64,000 bases of DNA from Patescibacteria group bacterium (GCA_052033715.1 JBPOJJ010000002.1:94408-158407); one strand, 5' to 3'; shown: positions 10,501 to 20,074, counted from the first letter of the stretch. Numbers and translations: made by a program. Notes: generated by a model not told the origin, from the sequence alone.

Positions 10501-11858
10501 GAGTTTGTGTAGGTGAGGGCCGTTTGGAGAGTTGAGTTAAGTTGGGAGAAGGATCCGGTGGCTGAAGTTCCTCGGAAAATTTTATATCCGATTGTCTGCC
10601 CCGCCGCCCCCGTCGAAGCAGCCCAGCTAACGGTGATTGAATTTTGGGTTGAGGTTGTGGCGAGACCAGACGGAGTTGAAGGCGCGGCAACAGTTGCGGT
10701 TGAAGTCGTCCCAGAAACTTGAGAGGTGAGCGATGAAACGTTGCTTGCATCATCACGCGCGCGGAGTCTGTATTTGTAAGTTGTGCCGGGATTTAGGTTT
10801 TGGTGAGTAAAAGTGTGAGTTCCAGCAAGGACAGTTCCGACAGGTGTGGTTGTATTAACAGAAGTTGATCCTCCCGCGTTGGCATAAATTACATAATCAA
10901 AGACGTTAGCAGAAGACGAAGGAGACCAATTCAACGTAAGTGAGCTTGTTGTCGGAGAAACGACAGTAACACTTGTTGGCGCGGCAACGGCGAGCGTTGT
11001 TCCAGCAACCCTGGCGGAAAGCGCCGATTTATTGCCCGCAGCATCCACGGCCTTGATATTGTAGCGATAGGTTCTACTAGAAAGGAGCCCTGAATTTGTA
11101 TAAGTAGTTGCTGGGGCATTTACAATGGCAAATGGCGTCGTGGTATTAACACTGGTCGCACCACCATTATTTCGATAAATCTCGTACTTTACGACTCCTA
11201 CATTGTCGGTCGAAGCTGTCCATGAAACACGCAAAGAACTTGATGTGGCCAAACTAATATTTACACCAGTCGGGACCGAGGGCGCAACGATATCGGCAGC
11301 TGGGTATGTACAAGAGCCATTGTCGACGGTCGCATTCGGATTGTAGTTTGTGGCCGCAGGATCAGTACAGCCAGGAATAGGTGCTGGGGCAGACACAAAA
11401 TTCATCCCAACGGCCTGAGTTATAGAATTATAGTCTGTGTTTGTCGTCAGGTCACGGAAAAATACAACGCACTGGAGTTTAAAATTAGAACCAGGAGTTA
11501 TGCTTGGAAGAGTAACCGTTTTACTATGATTCCCGGCTGTGAGATATTCATTACTTGTAGCTCCGTATTGGTATATTTCAAAAGTACCCACCTGAGCACC
11601 ATTATTCTGAAACCAAGACCATTGCATTCTTCTTACGACAATGTTAGGGCCCGTGGTGCCGACCGTACAAGTCATGTTCCTGGTTTCTCCAGGATAAAGA
11701 GTTGTATTCTGAGCAGGGTCAGTTAGGCTTATTGACCCAACAGCGTTACTAACGCTGGCAACTTGGGCTTTTTGGTTGTCTCCACCAGAGAGCAGAGATC
11801 CGAGCGACACAACGAACGCAAGCGCGATGACTAGAAAGAAAGCCTTTTGTAATTTCAT
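4593..11858 (-). CDS. Giant secreted surface protein (2421 aa): FN3/Ig repeats, TIGR03790-like domain, right-handed beta-helix
   Basis: Signal/anchor; GCTDPAATNYNPNATVDNGSC; repeated FN3 motifs (LSW..STDNVGV..Y..Y..A.DAAGN.S); LADYYIQQRGIP...GEPLANPW; FYVDAVSGNDSNNGTS..PWKTI followed by Asn-ladder beta-helix. Confidence 0.85.
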   Translation of the reverse strand: MKLQKAFFLVIALAFVVSLGSLLSGGDNQKAQVASVSNAVGSISLTDPAQNTTLYPGETRNMTCTVGTTGPNIVVRRMQWSWFQNNGAQVGTFEIYQYGATSNEYLTAGNHSKTVTLPSITPGSNFKLQCVVFFRDLTTNTDYNSITQAVGMNFVSAPAPIPGCTDPAATNYNPNATVDNGSCTYPAADIVAPSVPTGVNISLATSSSLRVSWTASTDNVGVVKYEIYRNNGGATSVNTTTPFAIVNAPATTYTNSGLLSSRTYRYNIKAVDAAGNKSALSARVAGTTLAVAAPTSVTVVSPTTSSLTLNWSPSSSANVFDYVIYANAGGSTSVNTTTPVGTVLAGTHTFTHQNLNPGTTYKYRLRARDDASNVSSLTSQVSGTTSTATVAAPSTPSGLATTSTQNSITVSWAASTGAAGQTIGYKIFRGTSATGSFSQLNSTLQTALTYTNSSLSPNVTYYYKVQACYIAITTNCSAQSSAVSGTTAAPSDATAPTATITAPTAGQVLPAGTTSTTLSVTTNEAATCKWNTTDVAYSSMINTLAGAGSTSHNASLTGLVNGTSYTRYVRCQDTVGNTMTTSVSREFSVAAPVDTTAPAVPTLSVGAVTSTTVALSWNAVTDASSPVTYRIYRNGTYIGSPISGTSMTDLDLVAGTLYSYTISACDSAPTQNCSAQSSAVTATTTAIPTIVSSLQVVQINGTVVSTLASGQQLNVGSQANATYAPLSGAFSIKANPGTPAPASIKFDLTGPSGFTAYTQCESSSPFALYGDASGTYTSWPTSTQILGAYTLTVTPYAAATCTGAAGTPVVNQFILSNFDDLTPPTNPTSAASTYRSAGEIRLSWAASTDAGGVNHYNVTRNPGTTVNVGNQTTFVDTSVTSTGTYSYTITAVDNVGNTSGVSNAVSAPTLSTSFANGNQVETNTTASIKVTPDASGNAGNQVAGTVGVITNSSAGPINPVWISGGINYWYVDFATGTDGWVNENNIDSYVPPPTDTIPPTANITAPTNNQVLSAGTTTFTMTATTNEAATCKWATTDTAYASMTNTFTGSGSTSHNYPLLGLTDGTSYTRYVRCQDTAGNPMTSSVSVTFSVASAPPSSAPIVSTPQRSFNPNQIAVVCNSQYSQSCQLADYYIQQRGIPAQNKVTLSFNAPMDNNGRIMLRSTFETGFGGTNMRAHVLNQITSAYTSAGLGSPDIQGAMLVWRYPFMVGNATTNCNTGSGTEPCVSLVVAFAKGQYVDGDALLSSGSMPTNAYFENSSGFLTPRQTHNLIPAFLLPFASGNYNEGKQFVDQGVQADNTHPTSKIYSISTFDTNRAPIRHSNILTLAGLFNQNNLATEHTTVSNYAAGGSPGNCTSTQSYIGGSQYEPSFLKNKTDVLGYHTALACPPYISTLNFLKGALVDYATSNSGFLSQDGVSGGTGAQLSITEMLKAGATASSGTQKEPWDSSSGVARKSSKTTQLWREYYTGASALQSYWSSVEKNGNTNFVGEPLANPWKDPQITFSNNILAINITHIKPGETWKLQSSTNGTSWTDVSGQTSITAPNGKLGIKTITLSNATAPYYRLVNTNNSSLPQIQRAVNGSGGGTPLIDNENPVWTAGTPNLATASPTTTSLTVSWNTATDATTPITYKLQRRTLPSGTFAEVYSGGATSFSNTGLVAGTSYEYQVRACDGVTAPNCTSWSSATTGTTSSDPTPPPPTGGQTMNGINGAVGPSLTTNPTSCTNPSGGTIFYVDAVSGNDSNNGTSVSTPWKTISKVNSSMSSINAGTMICFKREQSHRGRLAITKSGTASSKIIVDAYGAGSAPVISGNVLVTNWTQHSGNIWKATVSSAPASTPKYLFINSAYQTQARQPNTGWYFTNSRGANLITDSDNSWLSAQGSNSLTNGEVVTRGSPWSISIGKITGNSGSRIDLQRYDHTTPGTAMKYGSQWTNLAWGYILRNKLSLLDTAGEWYFDSATNTVYLWAPGNANPNTLTVEMTSESDGVYIASAGHIIVRNLIVEGQTGYAVWLRSQSGTNLKGITVENLEIRNAYHGVYHSGIDGVAESDKNTLRNNYLHDLNVTGISVQGGNGHLIEGNVIERVSTVEDRMYSSEMTHSGIIHIGGGSNIVSRRNIVRDTGYAGIWAAGSGTITENLVERAMKTLTDGAGITFDNTNGLTISKNIVKDIGVGSGQNAGTGGSPNMASQPILYVGYVARDKAYYFGDGTVGPIINLDLDSNIAINATDGIWVDHNTLFRDNKIRNNIIYDFNRSGIAFADWSNYRTVSGGCPTPDSNSPCFWPQYNDVVTGNKIYGIASYQNPLYFLHSYSNGTGAVADFGTINSNYYSNPYRTTKVQQMKNFSGQTNNWTLGQWKTSSNEDVNSTDGTYTATQAPQIFYNATISPTSQVITNACRVNGQSTSGTQTYTIQPFTAIVVEYGNC

Positions 11859-11958
11859 ACAATAATGGTGATTATAAAATTTTAATGAACTAATTATAAA
11901 ACAAAGCCCAACAATAAGATATTGTCAAATCAATAAAGTGTTTAAAACTTATGTGTTA

Positions 11959-13722
11959 TTAAATCTTATTTAGTTTAGAAAACTTTTCGAAAATGTCTTC
12001 GAGCGAAACGTCGGAGAACTCTTCGCCTCCCTCGTCCGCGACTCGGCCTTCCAATTTAAATTTATTTGATTCGATTTCTTTGTCGCCGATAACCATAATG
12101 AATGGAACTTTTTGATTTTTTGCTTCACGGACACTTTTGCCAAGTCCGGCGGTCATAAGTTCGGCGCGAACGCCATTTTCAGTCATTTTTTCGTAAATTC
12201 CCTTCGCAAATTCCCCGTGGGTGTCTTCTTTGATTGGAACGATAGCAATTTGAACGGGCGCGAGCCAGAATGGAAAATTACCAGCAAAGTGTTCAATCAT
12301 AATGGCCAGGAAGCGCTCAAGAGAGCCGGCGATCGCGCGATGAATCATGACAGGAGTCTGTTTGGTGCCGTCTTTGGCTGTATATTCGAGTCCAAACCGT
12401 TCTGGCTGGACAAAATCTATCTGGGCGGTTGCAAGCTGGCGCTCACGGCCAAGCGCATCTTTGAACTGAAAGTCTAATTTTGGGCCATAAAATGCCGCTT
12501 CGCCGGGCATGCGCTTGGCATCAAGACCGAACTCGTCGGAAATTTCCTGCAGAAAATTCTCAGCCTTGGCCCAATTCTCATCAGTTCCGAGGTATTTCTC
12601 TGGAGTCTTTGGGTCGCGGACGGACAAGGATACCCAGAAAGTTTCGCCTTTTTTGTACATACCAAGCGCGCTGTAAAATTCCTCGATGGTTTTGACAATA
12701 TTTCTAACTTCGTCCTTGATCTGATCTGGCGTACAGAAAATATGCGCATCATCGACGGAGATCGAACGCACGCGGGAAAGCCCGAGCAATTGTCCCGGCT
12801 TCTCGTCGCGATACATCATCGTCAGTTCATTGAGGCGGATCGGCAAATCACGATAGCTGTGAGGCACGGCGGCGTAAATCTGAGTGTGGTGTGGACAATT
12901 CATCGGTTTGAAGACAAATTCATCTCCGCTTTGCGCGCCACGAACATAGAAAAATTCATCTTTGAATTTGGCGGCGTGGCCCGAAGTCTCGTAGAGGGCA
13001 AGTTTGGCGATATGCGGAATGGTAACTTTCTCGTATCCGTATTTTCGAGATATATTCCAAAGGCGATCAGTCAAAGCTTCACGCAATTTGTGTCCACGCG
13101 GAGTCCACAGAGGCAATCCCGCGCCGACGAGCTCGGAAAAAGTGAAGAGATTCAGCTCTTTACCAATTTTCCGGTGATCCCGTTCTTTGGCTTCTTCCAC
13201 GAGTTTCAAATGGGAATCGAGTTCAGACTTGTTTTCAAATGCCAGGCCGTAGACTCGGGTCAACATCTTGTTATTCTCGTCTCCGCGCCAATAAGCACCG
13301 GCGAGTTTGTCGAGTTTGAAGGATTCAGTGTCAATTTCTTGGGCTGGATTGTCTAAGTGCCCCCCTCGACACAGATCGGTAAAGCCTCCACAGGTATATA
13401 GAGTGATTTTCTCCCCTTTTTCGGCAATTTCCTCAATGAGCTCAAGTTTGTAAGGATTCCCAGCGAAAACACTCTTGGCTTCATCTACCGAAACCTCTCG
13501 ATGAGTGAATTCTGTCCAGCTCGGGAGGAGCTTTCGCATGACTTTCTCGATCTTCGGCAGATCGGCATCGGTCAAAGGCTTGGAAAATTCCATATCATAG
13601 TAAAAGCCGGTATCAATGGCAGGGCCTAAGGTTAATTTCGTATCTGGGTATTGCTCAAGAACGGCCGCCGCCAAAAGGTGGGCCAAAGTATGTCTTTTTT
13701 TCGAAATATCGTTTGTTTCCAT
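11959..13722 (-). CDS. thrS: Threonyl-tRNA synthetase (no N-terminal TGS domain)
   Basis: RHTLAHLLAAAV, DLCRGGH, RDHRKIG, KPMNCPHH, AFYGPKLD, HRAIAGSLERF. Confidence 0.98.
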   Translation of the reverse strand: METNDISKKRHTLAHLLAAAVLEQYPDTKLTLGPAIDTGFYYDMEFSKPLTDADLPKIEKVMRKLLPSWTEFTHREVSVDEAKSVFAGNPYKLELIEEIAEKGEKITLYTCGGFTDLCRGGHLDNPAQEIDTESFKLDKLAGAYWRGDENNKMLTRVYGLAFENKSELDSHLKLVEEAKERDHRKIGKELNLFTFSELVGAGLPLWTPRGHKLREALTDRLWNISRKYGYEKVTIPHIAKLALYETSGHAAKFKDEFFYVRGAQSGDEFVFKPMNCPHHTQIYAAVPHSYRDLPIRLNELTMMYRDEKPGQLLGLSRVRSISVDDAHIFCTPDQIKDEVRNIVKTIEEFYSALGMYKKGETFWVSLSVRDPKTPEKYLGTDENWAKAENFLQEISDEFGLDAKRMPGEAAFYGPKLDFQFKDALGRERQLATAQIDFVQPERFGLEYTAKDGTKQTPVMIHRAIAGSLERFLAIMIEHFAGNFPFWLAPVQIAIVPIKEDTHGEFAKGIYEKMTENGVRAELMTAGLGKSVREAKNQKVPFIMVIGDKEIESNKFKLEGRVADEGGEEFSDVSLEDIFEKFSKLNKI

Positions 13723-13794
13723 AGGGTTCTATCGTAGCACAAAGGTGGATTTCCAAAAAGATTACAGTTCCTGGTTCAATCTTTGCAACAACGA

Positions 13795-14442
13795 CTACTT
13801 AGTCTTGGAAACTTCCTCGGGCACAGCCAGTGGCTCAATTATCTTTTCCAGTGCAGCGGTGCTTTTTTTGAACAAATTAAAAATGATAGCGATGGTCAAA
13901 ACCGAAAGTGCAAAATTGGTATTGATATAAGCAAGCGGTATGGCGACAAGAGAAAAAATTATCGGAATATTTATACGCATGTGAGCATGGCGACGCTCGG
14001 ATTCTTTCATTTTTCTATTTTTCAATTCTTTGGAACGATGAGCATATTCTCGCATACCAAAAAGTAAAAGGCCGATGACAAAAATATTCACCGCAAAAAC
14101 AACCACTGTGACCGGCGAACGCGAGTAAAGTCCCAAAAGGTGGGACGAAAACGGCACCAAGGCAACGAAAAATAAAAATGTTGCTGAAAGGTTCAGGAAA
14201 TTATGATTGTGAGTTTTTACAAAATCAGTTGCAACAGCGTGGTATCCTCGCCAGTATGTAAACAGTGTGGCAAACGATAATACATATGACAAGAATAACG
14301 GCATGGCATCTTTGAGCACTCGGACAATCGCTTCGTCGGAAACGAATCCGAGATCCGGAACCTTGATCTCAAGCACCAAGAGCGTCATGACAATGGCGAA
14401 AATCCCGTCGGCTAAAACTGAAAGTCTAGATGAGTCTTGCAT
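13795..14442 (-). CDS. TMEM175-family potassium channel
   Basis: RLSVLADGIFAIVMTLLVLEIKVP signature; start moved to MQDSSR. Confidence 0.88.
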   Translation of the reverse strand: MQDSSRLSVLADGIFAIVMTLLVLEIKVPDLGFVSDEAIVRVLKDAMPLFLSYVLSFATLFTYWRGYHAVATDFVKTHNHNFLNLSATFLFFVALVPFSSHLLGLYSRSPVTVVVFAVNIFVIGLLLFGMREYAHRSKELKNRKMKESERRHAHMRINIPIIFSLVAIPLAYINTNFALSVLTIAIIFNLFKKSTAALEKIIEPLAVPEEVSKTK

Positions 14443-14522
14443 ACGAATATTGTAATACATTTGCGAGTGACTTTCACCTCTCACCAAATCAAAAAACCGA
14501 CTCGTGCCGGCTTTTTGATTTC

Positions 14523-16073
14523 TTATTGCATCGAGTTTATATACGCCCTAGTTTTCTCTCCGAAAAACCCCGTTCCTTTTACGAGACCATAGGGCATCAA
14601 GATCTCGGTCTTGTAAGCTTCCTGGAATTTTACGAGCGCGGCAAAAGTGAGCGGTCCGAAGAATTCTGTTTCGGAGCCTGGCGCGCCAGAACCAGTTGCC
14701 GCAAGTTTAAATCCGGCACTGTTTAGAAACATCTGGAGTTTTTTGACTTCTAGACTTTTTTGTCCGAGGGCGAGATTCATTTCAAATTTACTAGACGAAT
14801 TTACCGTCGGGGCTTGAGTTGGGGCTGGGGCTTTGGGGGCGGTTTGTGATTCTGGTTTTTGAACTACTTGGTTAGTCTGATTGGTAATCGGGTAAGACCC
14901 AGAAGACTGCACCTGACTTGATTCACTTCCAAACAATCCAAATATTGAAAACGATGATGTCTCGCATGTAACAGTCATCGCGCCAGTATTGGTCGAACAA
15001 TTATTAAGTGCCTCCCATCCGATACCATCAGTATAGTGATAAATAGTGAGACTATTAGGATCAAGTCCTACAATGTCTTCTTCGGTATAATCGATAGTAA
15101 TCTCGACCGGCGCGTCAAATTCTTCGTCCAGCTCTGTTTTTTCATCTTCGAACGCTTTCAATGAATATGCTTGCCCAACCCAACTTTTCCCTGACGGAGT
15201 AGAAATCTCACTTTGAACTAAACTTTTCTGCAACTTCAAGGCCTCAACCCCAACCTCAGATAGACCACTCTTAAGATTGGCTGGCACAACAGCCTCAAGT
15301 CCCTTACCCCTAACCTTTGCTGAAATTGTTGTCCCAGCAAGGGCAGTTGATACCGAAGCTTGGTATGTAACGATTTCTGAATCGCCCTTGCATCCAGTAG
15401 TTTTAAAATCTCCGCCCTGACTTTCTGCCAAGTTTGAACTGTCGTCATAAGAAATAACCTTAAACCAGTATCCTGCACAAGAAGTTAAATCTTGGATCTC
15501 TATAGAGTGGTCTGTTGTTTTTGCTGCACCAGCGGTAACCTCTCCTTTAAAATCATCTGTTGGTCCATACTCAACAACCGATGTGCCCTTAACGGTTGTA
15601 GCCCAATCAATAATTGCTGTTGTGGCTGTTGTGGTTACTATAGGTTCCCCAAATAAAGCTATCGGATCATCCGGACCACCGCCACCGGTTGGAGTTGCCG
15701 TGACAGATAAAGACCTCTCACTTTCTGATAAATCAGACAAAGTGGTGATCTCAAAAGTGTACTCAGTATTATTTGTTAGACCAGTAACAGTATATGAAGT
15801 CTCAATACTACCAGTATCAACGGAGCTCTCTCCTTCTTTGCTTGCTGAATAATAGACTCGATAACCTGTTATGACTTCAAGTTGTAATCCTGGTTCCTGC
15901 CAAGCAAGAGACACTTCCCCGTCTCCAGCGGTTGCCGTTGGTTTCGATGGAGAATCTAAACCAAGCGCAATCTCTGGATATATAACAAACCCCCAGAGAG
16001 ACGCGAGTCCGGCGACAATTATCATAACCAAAACATGCTTATGAACTGTTTTTAATGAGTTAATTTTTTGCAT
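14523..16073 (-). CDS. Surface protein with FN3, Ig-like and C-terminal peptidoglycan-binding domains
   Basis: TAGDGEVSLAW..YTVTGLTNNTEYTF; EVKKLQMFLN..FGPLTFAALVKFQ..GFFGEKTRAYIN. Confidence 0.8.
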   Translation of the reverse strand: MQKINSLKTVHKHVLVMIIVAGLASLWGFVIYPEIALGLDSPSKPTATAGDGEVSLAWQEPGLQLEVITGYRVYYSASKEGESSVDTGSIETSYTVTGLTNNTEYTFEITTLSDLSESERSLSVTATPTGGGGPDDPIALFGEPIVTTTATTAIIDWATTVKGTSVVEYGPTDDFKGEVTAGAAKTTDHSIEIQDLTSCAGYWFKVISYDDSSNLAESQGGDFKTTGCKGDSEIVTYQASVSTALAGTTISAKVRGKGLEAVVPANLKSGLSEVGVEALKLQKSLVQSEISTPSGKSWVGQAYSLKAFEDEKTELDEEFDAPVEITIDYTEEDIVGLDPNSLTIYHYTDGIGWEALNNCSTNTGAMTVTCETSSFSIFGLFGSESSQVQSSGSYPITNQTNQVVQKPESQTAPKAPAPTQAPTVNSSSKFEMNLALGQKSLEVKKLQMFLNSAGFKLAATGSGAPGSETEFFGPLTFAALVKFQEAYKTEILMPYGLVKGTGFFGEKTRAYINSMQ

Positions 16074-16218
16074 ATAAAGTAACAAAAATTTTATTAGACC
16101 ACTAATAAACAGATCATAGCACCTTTTCGATTGCGTCAAGGCCACTTGTTCACAGTTTTAAATTCCCTCTCAGTGGAGCAAGACATAAAAAAAATTAATT
16201 TTTATATTTTGCGGAACC

Positions 16219-17988
16219 TTATATGACGCCGTCTTTTTGAGCCTGCCAGAGTTTGAAGTAATATCCGCCCTTGACCAAAAGCTCTTCGTGTCCACCATCT
16301 TCGACGATTTTACCTTTATCAAGCACTACGATACGATCCATTTTCTGCACGGTTGAAAGTCTGTGAGCAATGACTAGCGTCGTACGGTCCTTCATCACCT
16401 CATCAAAAGCTTTTTGGATCAAGTTTTCGCTGATTGAATCAAGACTTGATGTCGCTTCATCGAGAATGAGTATCGGCGCATCTTTGAGCATGACGCGAGC
16501 AATAGCTATGCGCTGGCGCTGTCCACCCGAGAGCTTCACCCCACGCTCGCCAACAAGAGTTTCATAACCTTCTTTGAATTCTTTGATAAATTCATCAGCA
16601 TGGGCTTTCTTCGAAGCTTCTAAAACTAAGAGTTTCGACGCATTCGGGTTTCCATACATAATATTTTCGCGCAAAGTCCTATGAAAGAGTGCCGGCTCTT
16701 GTGGAACATACGAAATATTTCGGCGTAAATCATCCTGGGTGATATTTCGAATATCCTGCCCGTCGATTTTAATCGCACCAGCTTGTACGTCCTCGAACCG
16801 CAAAAGTAGATTCGTAATCGTCGTCTTCCCCGAGCCAGAATGTCCTACAAATCCGACTTTCTGCCCAGCTGGAATCTCAAGGCGGAATTTCTTGAAGACA
16901 TCTTTGCCGTCTTTGTATTCGAATGTGACGTTGTCGAACAAAATATTTCCGTCTTTGATTTTAGACTTCTCTGGCTTCTCAGGATCTTTTATATCAATTG
17001 GTGTTTCAAAAATTTCTACCATTTCTTTGGTATCGGAAATTGAATCTTGTAACCCGATGATTGCGTTGCCCATATTCCAGATTGCCATATCAAGTTGAGT
17101 AATATACACCTGAACCAACACCACAAATCCAATATCGACAACGCCTTTTGACCACAGGGTTATTACGGCATACATCCCGCCAATCTCAAGAGAGAAAAGC
17201 ATGATTGACTGGATCACTTTGTGGAAGTTCGAAACATTTCCGGCTTTCCTGCGAAGCTTTTCTTCTTCGTCAGTTTTTGCAAAATAATTTTTTGCTTCAC
17301 CTTTTGTGAAGGAAAAAACTTTGGCAGTTAAAATATTTGTAACGATGTCTGATAAAAGGCCTGTCGTCCTAGAATTCGCCGCAGCTCGTCTTTCATTGTA
17401 TGGAATCTTGCGTCGAGCAAAAAAAATAGACAGGGTAGTGTACCCGAGAGACCAAAAAAGAAATATGAAACCCAGGAGACTATTCTTGCTAAACAATACA
17501 ATCAAAATTCCCGTAATTGAGACGATTGTTAACCAAAAACTAAAAAGTGTGATTTCGGCGAGCGCCGTAAGGGCTCCGGTAAATCTGGAATGTTTAGCCA
17601 CAATCGATCCTGAAAAATTATCAGCAAAGAATTTCCTGGAATGATTGATTGTAAGATTGAAAGCTCTGTCTGAGAGATCTTTTGTAATTTTTGTCTTGGT
17701 GTAAACAAAAGCATAATCAGATATTCGCCAAGCTAAAGAGTTGCCCAGGAGCGCTAGGATCAAAATCAAAAACCAGTGCCAAATTTCTGGAGTGAAACCA
17801 GGGACGGAAGCCGAGTAAATTGCATTGATGATGTTTTTATAAACTACTGGCTGAAAAACAGCGCCGAGAAAAATCGCTGTTGTACTAGCGAAAAATACTA
17901 CGAGGACCTGCCACTTTAATTTAAGTAGCGACGGCCAAAAGTATTTTAGGACCGTCGAAAATTTTACTTTGCTTTTGTGTTTTTCCAT
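16219..17988 (-). CDS. ABC transporter, fused permease/ATPase
   Basis: GHSGSGKT, LSGGQRQRIAIAR, LILDEATS, IAHRLST; N-terminal TMD. Confidence 0.95.
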   Translation of the reverse strand: MEKHKSKVKFSTVLKYFWPSLLKLKWQVLVVFFASTTAIFLGAVFQPVVYKNIINAIYSASVPGFTPEIWHWFLILILALLGNSLAWRISDYAFVYTKTKITKDLSDRAFNLTINHSRKFFADNFSGSIVAKHSRFTGALTALAEITLFSFWLTIVSITGILIVLFSKNSLLGFIFLFWSLGYTTLSIFFARRKIPYNERRAAANSRTTGLLSDIVTNILTAKVFSFTKGEAKNYFAKTDEEEKLRRKAGNVSNFHKVIQSIMLFSLEIGGMYAVITLWSKGVVDIGFVVLVQVYITQLDMAIWNMGNAIIGLQDSISDTKEMVEIFETPIDIKDPEKPEKSKIKDGNILFDNVTFEYKDGKDVFKKFRLEIPAGQKVGFVGHSGSGKTTITNLLLRFEDVQAGAIKIDGQDIRNITQDDLRRNISYVPQEPALFHRTLRENIMYGNPNASKLLVLEASKKAHADEFIKEFKEGYETLVGERGVKLSGGQRQRIAIARVMLKDAPILILDEATSSLDSISENLIQKAFDEVMKDRTTLVIAHRLSTVQKMDRIVVLDKGKIVEDGGHEELLVKGGYYFKLWQAQKDGVI

Positions 17989-18125
17989 GGGACTTAGATT
18001 ATACCTGACGATCGAGCGTGGCCAACATTTCCCGAAGCAAAGATTATTTTACATTCCAGACAATACTTTTAAAATCCAAATGAGAACTGCCCGAGGGCGA
18101 GCAGTGCTCATCTTCGGGCAGGTTG

Positions 18126-18410
18126 TTACATATTGGCGGCTTCTTCGGCCAAAACCATCTCGCAGTACTTCGCCACGATCTGATTCTTGGCGACTGGACC
18201 CGTTGCCGCTTCGTGCGCCTTGAAAAGTTCATCTGGCGTCTCGAACTTCCCGAGCTGCAAAAGTTCGATGAGCTCCTGGTCCTTTGGACATGGAATGTTC
18301 CATGCTGCGGCGATCTGTCCGACGCTGAACGGGCCGTTTTTGGCTAATTCCGTCGCTCCATCCCAGTTAGAAATGCTCTTCGCTGGCGGCTTGGTTATGG
18401 TACTCATGAT
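18126..18410 (-). CDS. Orphan hypothetical protein
   Basis: ORF with protein-like composition followed by a hairpin; start (ATG 18410 or 18407) uncertain. Confidence 0.5.
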   Translation of the reverse strand: MMSTITKPPAKSISNWDGATELAKNGPFSVGQIAAAWNIPCPKDQELIELLQLGKFETPDELFKAHEAATGPVAKNQIVAKYCEMVLAEEAANM

Positions 18411-18478
18411 GGCGTGGTGTTTTAATGCTATATTACACAAGCCCACGAAAAGAAAAGGCTCAACTTCTCGGATACTTT

Positions 18479-18946
18479 TTATTTCTTGAAACCCCTTAAA
18501 TCCACCAGCACTTCCTCGGCATGAGTTTCTGGATTTACTTTCGAATAAATTTTTCTGATTTTCCCTGTCGGATCGATGAGATACGACTTTCGTAATATGC
18601 CGATAAATTTTTTGCCGTACATACTTTTCTCACCGAGCGCTTCGTATTTGGCGAGTACTTCCCTTTCGACGTCAGCAAGAATTGGAAAAGGCAGGTCGTA
18701 TTTTTCTTCGAAGCGTTTATGACTTTTGACTGTGTCGGCACTCACCGCTAGAACTTTGCATTTCAGCTTTTTGAAATTGTGAAAATCATCGCGAATACTA
18801 CACGCTTCTTTGGTGCAGCCAGGCGTGTCGTCCTTGGGATAAAAATAAAGCAAAACCCAATTACCTGAGTATTCTTTCAAAGAGTGAATTCTACCGTCCT
18901 GGTCTGGAAGCTTGAAGTCCTTGGCCTTGGTTCCAATTTTTATCAT
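18479..18946 (-). CDS. bcp: Peroxiredoxin Bcp/PrxQ
   Basis: LYFYPKDDTPGCTKEAC. Confidence 0.95.
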   Translation of the reverse strand: MIKIGTKAKDFKLPDQDGRIHSLKEYSGNWVLLYFYPKDDTPGCTKEACSIRDDFHNFKKLKCKVLAVSADTVKSHKRFEEKYDLPFPILADVEREVLAKYEALGEKSMYGKKFIGILRKSYLIDPTGKIRKIYSKVNPETHAEEVLVDLRGFKK

Positions 18947-19000
18947 AGACCCATATTACTACTCTTTTCCCAGCCAGAAAACATCTGATATACTCGGCCC

Positions 19001-19741
19001 ATGGCCACATATGCCCTACTGAGCGTCGTCGTCGTCAGCCTCGTTTCCCTCATCGGGGTTTTTGCCTTGTCTATCAAAGAAGGACGCGTACGCAAATATC
19101 TTTTCATCCTTGTATCGCTTGCCGTCGGTGCGCTTTTGGGTGATGCGTTCATCCACCTCGTCCCCGAGGCATTTGAAATCTCTGCTAACACGACCACTAC
19201 CGCCCTACTCATCATCGGCGGAGTATTAGCGTTTTTCATCATCGAAAAATTCCTGCACTGGCATCATCATGACGATGACACCGCGCATAACCACGTCCAT
19301 CCGGTCGGCAAGCTTATCCTCATTTCTGACGGCGTACACAATCTTATAGACGGTATCATTATCGGCGCTGCATATTTTGTGAGCATTGAAGTCGGCGTCG
19401 CGACGACGATTGCCGTCATCCTCCATGAAATCCCTCAGGAAATCGGCGACTTCGGCGTATTGCTCCATGCTGGATATTCGAAACGAAAAGCTCTCTGGTT
19501 CAATTTCCTCTCAGCGCTTTTCGCTATCGTCGGAGTTGTAATCGCGCTTGCTCTTGGTGAAAATTCTGAAACGTTTATTAATTCAATCCTTCCAATTGCG
19601 GCCGGTGGATTTATTTACATTGCTCTCTCTGATCTAATTCCCGAACTCAATAAAACAAAATCTGGCAAGCAATCCATCTATCAGATACTCGCGGTTATCG
19701 TGGGTGTGCTCGCTATGGTCGCACTCGTCGCTCTCGAGTAA
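19001..19741 (+). CDS. ZIP-family metal transporter
   Basis: His-rich loop HWHHHDDDTAHNH; DGVHNLIDG; ILHEIPQEIGDF. Confidence 0.95.
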   Translation: MATYALLSVVVVSLVSLIGVFALSIKEGRVRKYLFILVSLAVGALLGDAFIHLVPEAFEISANTTTTALLIIGGVLAFFIIEKFLHWHHHDDDTAHNHVHPVGKLILISDGVHNLIDGIIIGAAYFVSIEVGVATTIAVILHEIPQEIGDFGVLLHAGYSKRKALWFNFLSALFAIVGVVIALALGENSETFINSILPIAAGGFIYIALSDLIPELNKTKSGKQSIYQILAVIVGVLAMVALVALE

Positions 19742-19797
19742 TTACCCCAAACAGAAAGACCCACGCCATATGGCGTGGGTCTTTCTGTCAGAGCAGA

Positions 19798-19995
19798 TTA
19801 TGCTCGTGTGATGTTCTTCGCACTAGGTCCTTTGTCACTTTCAACCAAGTCAAAGTTTAGTGTGTCTCCGACTTTCAAGTCTTCAAAAGCAACACCTTGC
19901 AAATCTTTGGCATGAAAGAATAGATCCTTTTCTTCGCCTTCGCGAGCGATGAATCCAAAACCTCTGTCCGTAAGAGTTTTAATTGTTCCAGTCAT
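19798..19995 (-). CDS. Cold-shock protein
   Basis: MTGTIKTL..RGFGFI..DLFFH..KGPSAKN; true start ATG 19995. Confidence 0.93.
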   Translation of the reverse strand: MTGTIKTLTDRGFGFIAREGEEKDLFFHAKDLQGVAFEDLKVGDTLNFDLVESDKGPSAKNITRA

Positions 19996-20074
19996 TTGTT
20001 TTTTATATTTTTCTGCAGAAACCCCGACCTCAATTTCTAATGGGAGTATAATAGCACACCCACATAGAAAGTAA

